Part shown: piece by piece, positions 1-11,882 of the stretch | Position numbering within the stretch: position 1 is the stretch's first letter | Layout: every line of letters starts with the position of its first letter | NCBI GenBank assembly: GCA_030390025.1 | Contig: CM059431.1 | Location: forward strand, 24,180,001-24,244,000 | From: Squalus acanthias | Lineage: Eukaryota | Length of the DNA stretch: 64,000 nt | Direction of reading: 5' to 3' | Made by a program: the position numbers and the translations under genes | The notes under the pieces: generated by a model | Database searches by the model: none | Seen by the model: the letters and a program-made list of their open reading frames with translations, nothing else | Told to the model about the DNA's origin: nothing

Positions 1-101
1 CCGCACACAGCTAGTTATTTTCTTTTGCCATCAGTTGATTTATTCTGGAAGAGGATCTACTGAAGGTTACCGCAAAGATTGATGTTACTTCTACAATTCA
101 C

Positions 102-219
102 CTTATCCATTAATTTACTGGCATGAAGACCCAGGCTATTGAAGAACATTTTCTTGCTTAGGACATGCATTTCTTCAATTGTGGTCAGCAGTGTAGCTGC
201 ACAGTTTCCTACAATTCCA
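102..219 (-). CDS. COG6: COG6 coding exon (equivalent to human exon 13), 118 bp
   Basis: Translates (S)[39 protein letters not shown], matching vertebrate COG6; flanked by ttcaacag acceptor and gtgaa donor; phase fits exon 1189-1280. Confidence 0.96.
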
Positions 220-499
220 CTGTTGAAAGGAAAAAAAGTAATCAGGATTGCAAGTTTTGGTTGAATATTATTACCAATGAATTAGTGGGTAAATGCACCG
301 TGATGTGGTACCATACAAACATGGAAGATTACTGGTCTGTGCTGAGACAACTCATCTCGGGCAGGGTGGCAGTAGGAGCCCTACAACTGGCACCTCAGCC
401 ACTCCTGATCACTTCCCTGCAATTATTGTGATGCCATTATGGGTTGAATAGCCCGCACACATTGTCTAGGCGCACACAAAGAATAACTACGTTAGCCCT

Positions 500-850
500 A
501 ATAGCTCAGAAGGTTACGTCTGCAAGCCATAGAGGCCTGAAAAGTCCCAGGTTTAATCCATGTCTCTGCTGAGTTAGCTGGGATGGTGTTAGGGACATCA
601 CAATTGGCCTCGGTGCCTCAGGCTTGGACAGGGAAAACTGGCTCAGGTTACCACTCCAGATCACTATCCACCAATCTCTACTGGCAGTGTGTGTGTGTGG
701 ATATTAGGTGAGGACATGGTCAGGTTCTGCTAGGATGCCCCGATAGTTGAATCAGTTGCCGACACTCACCGTCCAGATTTAGGAACTAACACCTCGAAGA
801 CAGAAATAGAGAAGCAAGGAGAGAAAATTGATGGAGGAAAAAAAAATACC
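500..850 (+). mobile_element. Decayed tRNA-head SINE (abundant family 'A' in this window)
   Basis: ccaggtttaatcc B-box-like head, then gctgagttagctg / caattggcctc body shared with copies near 320-490, 4330-4680, 16130-16330, 22500-22820, 23930-24170, 27440-27780, 43850-44060, 46590-46940, 58920-59290. Confidence 0.6.
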
Positions 851-1188
851 TTGCCTAAGGTATCAGGGGACCGCCAACCAGCAATCCCAGCTGTAAGGGT
901 GCATGTGCAAATGCCAAAGGTAGGAGTGGGCACTGTAGACTAACCCGAGTCAGCACGTTTGGCAAAGGAGGGGAGAAAAGGGGAAAGAAACATTTTCTTT
1001 CTGCATAATAGTAGCAGAAAATGTTTATGGGAACAAAACATACTTTGACTACTGTACTTATTTCACAGATTTGCAGTCAGTTTGACTGCTTTAAAAACCG
1101 GTTTTGAATCACAAACTTGTGCACCTAAGGTGTCAACAAAATATCGATGTATTAGTAACTAAATAAGATGTCTTGTTTTCTTGCTTAC

Positions 1189-1280
1189 CTGATAGTGTGG
1201 TGATAAAATTTGAGAAGATTGGAGAGTTTATATAATAGAACTGCACCTGGCTCTGCTACTATAACCTGTTCAATACGGAC
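1189..1280 (-). CDS. COG6: COG6 coding exon (exon 12 equivalent), 92 bp
   Basis: [30 protein letters not shown](S); ttttag acceptor, gtaag donor. Confidence 0.96.
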
Positions 1281-1569
1281 CTAAAACAGCACCAGACAGA
1301 ACACACTGAATTAATATTACATCAGGTTTCTGTAACTAGCTTAATGAAACAGTAACTCTAATCAAGGGTTGTGGAATGATCCCCATACATTGTATGTTAA
1401 TGACTTTTTTCCCTTAAATGCATAGATATGAATAAGCAAAACATTAGAGGGATATGCGGGACTCAATGAATTTGTCATCTTATATGTTTCAATACAAAAT
1501 AATGATAGCAGAACTGAAATGCTTATATCTAACTGAGCATGCACATATTTAATTCAAAGCACTGAGACA

Positions 1570-2070
1570 AAATCCAGGAAATGAATGCTGTTACAGTGTT
1601 ACACTATGCTACCAAGGAACAAGCTATGCTCATGAAGAGAAGCTGATGGAGGCAATGTAATGTCTGTATTGTGATAGGTACAAGTAAAGCCAAGATAGTG
1701 CAGTGCCTCAGAAGTGGATTGCAGATAAGAGACATTAGAGGAGGATGGAATGGGCAACAGTGTTGAAGGTGGTGGAGAGAAATAGGAGAGACAGAGAACC
1801 ATGATTATAATTATTTGTGACTTTCACCCGTGTGGTCTCAGTGCCGTGGGCAAAACTGATGCCAGTTTAGAGCGTCTTAAACAAAGAGTGCTGGGCAAGA
1901 TAGGAATGTAGGCAACGACATTTTCTAGGACTTTGCCATGAAAGAAGGTTGGAGATAGGATGAAAACTGGATAAGAACGGAGGTTTGAGAGAAAAGGAGT
2001 GGTTAAAGGTGGTCATGAACGAGGTAGGGACAGCATTGAAGCATAGGGACAGGCTGACAAGTGTATAATA
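1570..2070 (-). mobile_element. Highly decayed L2-type LINE RT fragment
   Basis: Minus strand retains ...FHPISNL... and neighbouring traces of the NYRPISNLPFLSKVLE region; similar to L2 at 39610-41414. Confidence 0.6.
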
Positions 2071-4329
2071 CACTCGGGTATAATACAGTTTAGATGCACT
2101 GCCTCATGCCTAATAGCTAAACTGAGAAAAATTACCCCACACTGCACTGGTGTGATTTTTCTGCTTTTCACATTAGTCATCTCTGCGGTCTTAGAATGTA
2201 AGTGGTAAATTAGTGCTCATATACCCACCAAGATCAAGATTAGCCTCTTAGAGCCATCACAGAGAAGAGACTTTCAGCTAAAGGCCATTGTTCTAACCTA
2301 CTGTGCCACTCATCCCTCAGATATTCAGTGCCACAGCTTCATTTGTTTTAAAGCAGTTAACCCTCATCGCCACTGAGGTACCTTTTTTTTCAGGAAAGAA
2401 TGACTGCTATGAAATTCACATTGTTGCCCCTGTCAGATTATCTTTACAACAAATCAGTAAACAAAAAAAAAAATGCAAAGCAGTGTCTATTTTCAACAAA
2501 TTCTAATTAATTTTCAATGATCTAATTCAAATCAATCAATACATTTCATTCTAGTTAATTAAAATATTTTGATTTTCATTAAGGAGTTGCAGCTATGATG
2601 CACTGCAATTTTGGACAGATAGCTCCCACATTTACTGCCTTGCACAAATATGCTGAGGGTTCTAATTGATCAGCAAAACTAAGACAAACCAGATGTGCAG
2701 TCAGCAGATGCAAAAACAATACTTTTAAACCATCGCGTTAAAAAGAGGAGGGGAAAAAGCAACAAAACTGAACACAACTATTTTTAGCACTGCCAACAAC
2801 TTACAATTCTCAAAGGGATCCCAACACAATGTCTAAGTGAGAGTCTTTATGTGCACTGAAAAGGCGCTTAGCAGTACCTCAAGATTCCTTTTTTGGCGCT
2901 GCATCAGGATTCCCTTTGAGAATTGACAGTGTTGGCACTGCTGCATCGTAAACAAGTTCCACTAATGTGATTCCCCTCATTGTTCTTCTTTTCTCTTCTT
3001 TGTGTTACGCACCATTCCCTTGTTAAGAGAGAGGGCATATTACCTGCTCTCATTCCTTTGCTATTAAGCTAGGACGTACGGGAAAAAAGGCTAAATGGAC
3101 TCGCCCTCTGATTTTGCCTCCCCAGCAGCCCAGCTGAGATCAGGAACTTGTGTGCAGAATCGCGCAGCAAACTTGTGTCAATCGCTCCTTAGCGCAGTAC
3201 ATTTTTGCATCAATGTACTATGCCATCAAATTGCTTTATATAAATGGGTGTTTTATGTTCCTATTAGTATAGGTTACTTCGTTTTCTAAAAATCTAACCT
3301 TTCTTGGGGAGGGAGATGAAAACCTACTAATTTTACTCAAAACCACCAGTCATGAAATAGCACTAATAGTATCTACATTGCATCAATGTCGCAACTGAGA
3401 ATAACACAGACATGAGTAGTGGTGAAGGACAGGGGGAACTAAGCAAACCATTCAAAAAACTGAATCTGTTGCAAAGCTATCACTTAAAGGTGAATAAGCT
3501 ACCTTTTCTTGTGATTAAAAACTTCAGTGTCTGTAACAACTATTTAAAACCCAATGCTGTTGAGCAGCATTACACACAATGATATAAAGAATTCACTGTT
3601 CTATATGATCTATTTTTATGTACTGTTTTCCTCTAAATTTTCTTTACACATAAGATACTGTGAATGATTGGATCAGCAATGCCTAGCCTATCATAATGTG
3701 TACAAACTATTCCCTAAAACTAGTTAGTTTTGCTCAATGATTGGTAGGTTAATATTTAAATCTGTAATTATTATATTTTATGTCATTTTTAATTTAAAAA
3801 CTTACCAAAAACTGTGCAAAAATGTGCTTACTAGTGACCAGCATAAGCCCAATTTAAACAAAAAAAACCAAATTATCTAAAATTGAGAGTCAGTCCATTA
3901 GGAAAGTAAACCACATTCATAACAATTTAGCCCTTTGCATATCCCCTTCATGAAAAAGATTTTTTCCCCTTTATTGGTCTTCTGACACACCCTCATTGGC
4001 CGAGGGCAGCCAGGCAACTTTCTCCCAGACGTCTTAATTTCAGCTCTACTTTGAACTAGGACAACAAGCAATGCAGCATGACTGACTTTCCTCCTCACTT
4101 TGTGGGGAAGCACTTCATTTCTATCCAAGACCTCTCAGATGACATGGCTAAGATGAGGAACTTCGAGCATGAACTTGTGTAACAGTGTCTGGTATAACAA
4201 TATGTTTAGATATTTTTCCACTAATCCTCAAGTTTTGTTTTAGCACTCCAGTTCATGGAAGAAAACACACTTAAAATAAATACAAGATGTGGATTGAAAA
4301 CTACAAGGATAAATATTTGCTTTTTCATC

Positions 4330-4680
4330 ATCTTTTTCTTGCCAAGTTTCCTCCTTCCCCTCCTGAAGGTGTTTTAGTACGGTATGATCTCACAACCGAA
4401 TGGTACCTCACCCAAGTGTCAATTATTCATGTGTGAGCCTTGGCACACTATTCAAATGCAGTAGCATCACAGACAGCCAAATGCTGTTCTCACTCAACAC
4501 ACACACATTTCCAGCAGAGGCAGCCGGTTAGTGATGAGAAGCAGGAAATTTGACCAATGTTTTCTCCTTAACCCAGGAACCCTGAGGCTAACTGCAGGGA
4601 CCCTAGCTCCAACCATAGACTGAGGCTCAGACCAGACATGTTCGTGACCTGCATGGCTCAGCTACTCACTGGATAAGCTC
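4330..4680 (-). mobile_element. SINE family A copy
   Basis: Reverse-complement match to the body of the 46590-46940 and 58920-59290 copies (gtacctcacccaagtg..attcatgtgtgagcc). Confidence 0.55.
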
Positions 4681-4809
4681 AAAGCCAGCAAGAAGCCCAA
4701 TACTTTTAACAAATTTGAAGTCTGCGACTTTAGGTGGACTACATAAAATCTTCAATGCATCCTTAGCTCTAATGTATCAGATCAAATGTCTAATAAATTC
4801 AGTCTGTAC

Positions 4810-4874
4810 CTTTAAAGGTCTGCATACTCCCTCAGTGATGTGTCCCACCACCTGCTGAATATTATCTTCCACAC
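4810..4874 (-). CDS. COG6: COG6 coding exon (exon 11 equivalent), 65 bp
   Basis: (G)[21 protein letters not shown]; ttacag acceptor, gtac donor. Confidence 0.95.
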
Positions 4875-6812
4875 CTGTAATAATAAACATTCTGTCTTAC
4901 TTTAAAGTACAGCTTAACCTAGCTGTAAGCAAGCCTTTGATTATAACACACTTCTTCCATGATCTCAGCAGAAACCCCATTGCTGGCAGGAGTACAGCTC
5001 ACACCTCAGTAAGATGAAGCTCTGGAAAAATGAGCTACTCTGCAGTTCCTTATAAGTTTGTAATAGTGATATCTAATTTAACTCAGTATTAATATAGAAA
5101 TCAGTGCTGTACTGGTCAACGTTTGACAGTAAAATCAGGTAGTACAATCTACTATAAAATTGAGATATAGAGAATAATTGAAACAAGAGATTGATAATGA
5201 GAATAATGGAAGTGAAGTGTTCGGATGATCTCATTTTGTTGCAGCAATGGTTAAAACTAACAGAATTGCTTCAAAGTGTAGGAGGTACTTTCCCCATCAG
5301 TGCTGTTACAGGAGTGTCCTGCAGGGTTTGGAAATTTGACATTTATTTTTAAACTTATTAAGAAATAATCTTTTTGGGTAGATATTGTGAAGTACTTTGA
5401 ACAAAAAGTACCTATTATCTCTGCTGGACTTTGGTTTTTCTTAAAGCAGATGTGTCCAAGCTTTCTGACTTTATCAGATACTTGGATATGTACCATTGCG
5501 GGCCACACAGAACGTTTAAAGCAATTTTTCACTTGCAAAATTCCCAAGCTGCAGACAGATTTTGGTATTCTGACGTAGGATTCATCAAACAATGGAACAA
5601 CTAGACTAAGATCAGCCCTTAACAAGCCTCCAGGCCCATGAAATTCAAACAGGAAAAATGATTAAGAGATATCAGCACAAACAGAACAGATTATTTGGGC
5701 TTCATGGGCCAGTTTACCCAAGCGTAGTCACTCCTACTTTACAGGAAAAATGTCTTTACACGTAGAATGACCAATGTATAGACTGCCATCTAGTGCAATA
5801 AGATTCAAGTCAGCTGCAGCATTGAAAAGGGAACTGGATCAACTCAGTTCAGGAGAAGAGAAAAATTTGAGCATAGTGTTGGAAAAAGAGCACACCAGTC
5901 AGAGCAAGTCCAGAGAAAGGTCATTCAACTCGCATTGGATGACTGAATGACCTCTTTAAATTCCGACATGCCTTATTGATTCCATAAATTTAACTGAACT
6001 AGAATCTGTATTTGCTTGTTTGGTCAATGATTCAGACCTGCACAATACTCTCTGAAATAAAGATAAGATACTGAAAATAAATGTAATTCAAAAAGAAATT
6101 TGAAACAAGATTTTATCAGTAATTGACAGAAAAAATTGGTTTTTAACATTATATTCAGGGCTCCTAGCACTCTGTGATTCTACAATGATGGAAATCGCTA
6201 CAGAACTTTAATTACTCATTTTTCCACACTCGTGGTGCTGTGACTGCATCTCATTCTGTATTCTGTAATAGCTTCATAAGTGCAGTTGGCAAGCACGGTG
6301 CAGGCACAGTCAGCATCACAAGTAGTCAGCAAGTACACATAGTGGGAGTTGAACACAGAGCGAGTCCCAGACACAACTTCACCATAGATATATCATTAAA
6401 AAAAATCTAGCATTTATTCCATCTTAAAAATGTATTTTCCTCCTTCTTCTATAGGTCTATTTTGCACCATGTAATTTACCTGCTAACAGGTGGCTGGTGT
6501 GTTCCCCAGTTCCCTGCAAATACGGACAGGTATGCAAGAAATACTTAAAAAAAAATCCCCTCCAATTTTTGTTCACTTAATTTAATGGGAAAACTGCTGT
6601 TCAGCTGTTTCTGTGGAGATGAATTATATATTTTATTGAATATAACAAACACCTCACTATAAAGAACAAATCTGATGTCTGTGTAGAATTCTGTTCAGCT
6701 TGCCATGGAAATTGGCCTTGAGGTGCCACTAAATTTTAGGGACCCTGACTATACAAAAAGTTTCTGCGTAATCACAGGAGGAGGCTGCCTATTGAAAGGA
6801 TTAAACAATTAC

Positions 6813-6904
6813 CTTGCATAGTTACGAGCTTCAGCAAAGCTTCAAGATGTTCTTTCTCTGAAGCAGCTGCCTGGTGTAACCATGCCAACATGTCCCCAAC
6901 ATAC
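6813..6904 (-). CDS. COG6: COG6 coding exon (exon 10 equivalent), 92 bp
   Basis: (R)[30 protein letters not shown](G); tttcag acceptor, gtaat donor. Confidence 0.96.
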
Positions 6905-6985
6905 CTGAAAGCACAAGGTTTACTCAAGTCAGGTTTAAGAAAACACTAATACCGCAAGTAAAATGTTTAGCATCCAATGGCATAC

Positions 6986-7114
6986 CTTAAAGGATCATGA
7001 GAATGCATTTCAATTGGCCGAGGAGTTCCACCGGGCCCACCTCTGGTGAGAGCGTCTATAAAACCACGAACCACTGCGCTCCTCCTTGCTGTGCCAAACT
7101 CATCAAGTATGTAG
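6986..7114 (-). CDS. COG6: COG6 coding exon (exon 9 equivalent), 129 bp
   Basis: [42 protein letters not shown](R), the COG6 signature, visible in ORF 6967..7191; ccctag acceptor, gtatg donor. Confidence 0.97.
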
Positions 7115-8614
7115 CTAGGGCAATAAATACATGTGAAATGTGAGAAGGGAATATAAAAACGGTAGAAAGGAGAAATAAACTTGTATAGCAAGTACTCGCT
7201 GCTAAGCAGGCAGCTTATTTTCTAAAAAATTAACTTTCTAAATTATCCCATTTGGAAGGCTTCTCTGTAGAGCCACACGTTCTTCCATTTGATCTGTGGA
7301 GCAAATGTGCATAAACTTGGGGGGAGGGGGGGGCCCCCTTAGAGGAAAAACCTGCTTCCTAACACTGGTGTCTATCCAACTGACCTATTTAAATAAACAC
7401 TTTTCTGCCCTTGATCTTTGACAAATGGCAATCTAAATATTTTAAATGGTAGCTTGCATTCAGTCTGTGAAAACAAACCAACCAATCACATGAACAGCAA
7501 TGTTAAGAAGCAAATAGTCTCTGAGCAGGTTCCCCTAAGATTATACAAACGCGCACCACTGTCCAGAAAGGATCATTGGAATTCGCAGAAGACTTTTTCT
7601 TTCCTCCGCCAAAGATTTATATAAAGACTGTGAATAGTTATTTATCAGAAAATATACATTCTGAAATAAAGGCACCTTTTTCTGCTGCTTGTGACCTATC
7701 ACACGAAGTTCCCTCACTGGAGTTCCTTATAAAGGCTCTCACTTGCTGATTTTAAGCAGCTATAGGATATGGCTTCATACCTACAAATCCACCACCCCGC
7801 CCCACCCTCCCCGGCCAATGAATTCTCAATCTCAGCCAAGCCATCAGAGGGAGATGCCGAACTCTGGCAAGATCCTCCACTCTCATCTACCACCTAGTGG
7901 CTGACTCGTAGGGTAACAATATCTACACATCCTCTTGTTTGGTGAGTTGTACAGAAAAGATAAAGATAGGAATTTTTTTTTTTTAAGTGAGGAAATATTT
8001 CAATTGAGCAACTTGAGACAGCAGGAAAGAAGTTTGAGAACTATTTGCTCTTTAACTCAAACAACAAAATCAGACAAAATCTGCACAAATATTTTTGTCG
8101 AGTCTAAATAGGTAACAGTTTGGCTCGACATTCATGTTAAATACTGGCAGTTTAAGTCAATAATAAGCTGTTATTTTTTACATGCATGCTATGGCTCCAC
8201 CAGCACCAAAATAAAAACAAGACCTAAAGACTGTGGTGGACCTATAGTGCAAGTTTTCTGCTACAAGTGAAGTGCATTATTGTTATATAGTGCACTAGCA
8301 AAATCTAATATCAGCAAACCACCAAAATGGTTACAAATATGGCGAGAAAATTATTGTAAATTGTATGCAGCCCAGTGCTACCAGTTCTTTTGCACAAAAT
8401 TATTTTTTCCAACAGACCTTTACAGTTACTGCTGTAAAGTTAAATTCACCAACAGTGACATTTATTTGATAGAGAAAATTTCATGATTTACATCAATTAC
8501 ATTCATTACAGTGGCTTTTAGTCACATCAACTAAATCAGCTTTTCTTCTAATAGCCCTAGTTTCTGATGACTACTGCACAAGAAGTTGTTAAAATTAAAA
8601 ATGTTGCAAAATTT

Positions 8615-9145
8615 GTTAGCAAAATTGAAGCCCATGGGATTAAATGGGCAGTGGCAGTGTGGATACGATATTGGCTAAGGGACAGAAAGCAGAGAGTAGT
8701 GTTTTTCAGACTGGAGGGAAGTATACAGTGGTGTCCCCCAGGAGAAGGTATTAGGACCACTGCTCTTTTTGATATATATTAATGACCCAGACTTGGGCAT
8801 CCAGGGGATAATTTCAAAGTTTACAGATGACAGGAAACTCAGAAATATAGTAAACAATGAGGAGGATAGTAGCAGACTTCAGGAGTACATAGACTGGTGA
8901 AATGGGTAGACACATGGCAGATGAAATTTGATGCAGAGCAGTGTGAAGTGATGCATTTTGGAAAGAATGAGGAGATGCAATATAAACTAAACAGTACAAT
9001 TTTAAAGCGGGTGTAGGAAGAGAGAGACCTGGGGGTCTATGTACACAAATCTTTGAAGGTGGCAGGACAAGTTGATAAGGCTGTTAAAAAAAACCATACG
9101 GGATCCTTGGCTTTATAAATAGAGGTATGGAGTACAAAAGCAGTT
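8615..9145 (+). mobile_element. CR1 LINE RT fragment, decayed
   Basis: KIEAHGIKW..WLRDRKQRV; stop- and frameshift-interrupted GVPQG / FADD / WQMKF motifs. Confidence 0.85.
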
Positions 9146-9884
9146 ATGCTCGATGATGATCACCACATTTAGACAAAGGAGATCTATATTCTGTTAGTTT
9201 AGGCTGCAGCGGACTTGTGTACTTACAGCCCTACCAAGAAGTGCACTTTTAGTGAATGCTGTCAGGAATAAAGTTTCAACTAAGTGCTTCTCTATTCTGC
9301 ATAATGCGCATGATTTCCGTCTATGCATATTAATCCAGGTCTTGCTGCAAACTCCTTCAGAAGCTACCTCAAACATGCTCTTTCTTAGAAACAAATAGAT
9401 TATTAATTTCCCTACAGGAATAACTGGCTAATAATTACCTGCAACCAGGTTGAGTTTTGGTCTTTAATTAACTAGTTTTGTCACTCGGCTTATTCAGCAC
9501 ACTGGCATCAAGACACGAGGCAAAAAATCAGATTTAGGCCAGTACACTTTCACACATTTTTTTGCTCCTTATGTGATACTCAGTTAATCAGCTCGTATCG
9601 TTCCCACTGCTCCTACTATTTGTACTACATCTAGCGTGATGAGATTTATTTTGCGAGAATCACCTCCCGGTGTGGAGGTGTATGGAAGCATGAGTCTCAG
9701 AAATGGCTTTACAGTGTTACAGCTCTAGCTCCGATCCATATTCCATGCCAGGGACCTCACCTCACAATATTATCCCCATGTCCAAATGCTTGCTCCAGAT
9801 ATGGTTTAGGCTATAAACTACGAATGAGGTTTATTAGAAGTAAACATTAAACAGTGGCAGAAAGACAACATTGCAGATTTCACT

Positions 9885-10500
9885 TTTTTTTATTCATTCA
9901 TGGGATGTGGGCGTCGCTGACAATGCCAGCATTTATTGCCCATCCCTAACTGCCCTTGAGAATGTGGTGGTGAGCCGCCATTTCAGAGGGCAGTTAAGAG
10001 TCAACCACATTGCTGTTAGGTGATTTGGCTATGATAAATTGACCCTTAGTGTTAGGGGGGGATTAAATATGTGGGGTTACAGGGATAGGATGGGATATGT
10101 TAGGGGGAATTAAATACGTGGGGTTACGGGGATAGGGTGGGATATGTGTCGGTGCAGGCTCGATGGGGATTCTGTGTGAGGGGGCAGGGACAGGGTACTG
10201 GATTTGGATGATCAGCCATGATCGTATTGAATGGTGGAGCAGGCTCGACGGGCCGAATGGCCTACTCCTGCTCCTAGTTTCTATGTTTCTATGTTTCTGT
10301 GGGTCTGAAGTCACATATAGGCCAGACCAGGTAAGGACGGCAGATTTCCTTCTCTAAAGGACATTAGTGAACCAGATGGGTTTTTAGGACAATCCGGTAG
10401 TTTTCATGGTCACCATTACCGACACTAGCTTTTTTATTCCAGATTTATTTAATTAACTGAATTTAAATTCCCCAGCTGCCGTGGGGGGATTTGAACTCAT
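9885..10500 (-). mobile_element. tRNA-derived SINE family 'B', 3' part (5' head displaced to 15301-15372)
   Basis: Sequence ...ggatttgaactcat resumes at 15301 as catgtctccggatcattagtcc...; other copies at 15860-16125, 35768-36050, 43725-43830. Confidence 0.8.
10017..10296 (+). mobile_element. 5'-truncated HE1-like SINE fused to a CR1 3' tail, inserted in SINE B
   Basis: taggtgatttggctatgataaattgacccttagtgt...ggggttacggggataggg...gtcggtgcaggctcgatggg, then CR1 tail ending (tttctatg)n; CTGT duplicated at 10013-10016 and 10297-10300. Confidence 0.7.
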
Positions 10501-10779
10501 GGCTGCGATTTCGCCGACCGAGGCGGGTCCGGGGTGGCCGGGGTCGGTGTCGTGGTCCCAGCCCGCTGCCTACTGCAGCCTGCACTCTCCAAGTGATTTT
10601 ACGTTGATTGGGCTTGTTAAGCCCGCCCTGCGAGGTTCCCGGCCAATTAAAAGGAAGCGGGACTGATGACGCGTCTTCAGCCGGTTTCCTTAAAGGGGCC
10701 ATGTCCAAATTGATTTTGACAGTTCTGTTGTCAGTGTTCTGCAGCATTGAAGTGCTGCAAACACTGACGAGCACTGCAC

Positions 10780-10965
10780 AAAGGTGCACGGCTGCACCCA
10801 GGCTCTCCCATAACTCCCCATATGCTTATGCAGGGAGTCACAGCACGCAGAAGAAACCTCCCCAGGAGATCAACGCAGCCTGGTTGCACATTGCACAAGA
10901 GGGCACAAGCAGGGATGTCGTCAGGAGGACCAGACTGCAGTGGTGCAAGCCTTTCAATGACCCCA
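10780..10965 (+). pseudogene. Harbinger Myb/SANT-like DNA-binding protein remnant
   Basis: AAPRLS...KKPPQEINAAWLHIAQEGTSRDVVRRTRLQWCKPFND follows the R-A-P-R-F-S ... W-x-x-I-A ... R-T-x-x-Q-C-R-K-R-F-N-D pattern of Harbinger Myb proteins. Confidence 0.75.
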
Positions 10966-11882
10966 GTAGATCACAAAACATTACTGCCAAGCCACACTCA
11001 ACATCATCCTGCTGTGCCATTCATCACATCCACATCACTCTGCCTTCCCTACCTTACTCCTGCACATCTTTACTCACACCAACTTAACTTGCACCTTCAC
11101 CCATCCCTCTCTATCTACATTATCACTTTGCCATTTCACTAGCCACCTCTCACACTCACCCTCATCCTACTGCAAGCATAGCAACTAACAACACACAAGG
11201 GTAGGCACTTGAGTGGTTTAGCCAATGTTCATGTGAAGTTGCTAGTAATGTGCTGTCAAACATTGAAATCTTTATTTTCAGCACTTTGCGTTCTTGGACA
11301 GATTTGTGTGCACCTTTGGAAGTGGCTTAGTGAGTTGTAGTGAATGGTGAGACATAACGGTACTCCCCACAAAGGTCATGAGTGTGAAAGGAATAGCTTG
11401 GGTACTGTAGGGATGCTTTATGGTGTTAGTGTGGGGTGGTGCCAACCTGGCACATCATTTGGCATCCAGGGTGTACAGCATCAAGTGAAGTAAATCCCTG
11501 GTGTCCCGGGCAGCAATGTGGTCGGATGTTGATGCCGTGTCCTGTGCAGCATCAGCTGATTGCGGAGAAGGTTGGTGTTGTTGTTGGTGCAGTAGGTGTT
11601 GGGGCTGATCGTGGTGGGATTCTGAGGTCCAAGCTGAGATATTTTCAAGGGCAACGATGCTGATGGAATAGATGGCAGGTGAGGTTGAAATGACAGAAGC
11701 GATCTGTCAATGGTGAGAGAGGTTGTTCCAATGAGGTGGCACTGGATAGAGAGTTTGCTCCAAACACTTGCAAACTGCAGAAAGCTCAATATGTCTTCCA
11801 AATGCAGTAACCAACAGTTTCTGAGCTTTGAAAGTGAACAGCTGTAGCATGGGATCTTTTATACAACTTTGGCAGCTGTCAG

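Noticed and set aside
6967-7191. 74-aa ORF as a stand-alone gene
   Set aside because: It is COG6 exon 9 read through into both flanking introns
10608-11087. 159-aa ORF as a domesticated Myb/SANT gene
   Set aside because: Motif is eroded (internal deletion, conserved residues lost) and lies inside a TSD-flanked, LINE-disrupted transposon
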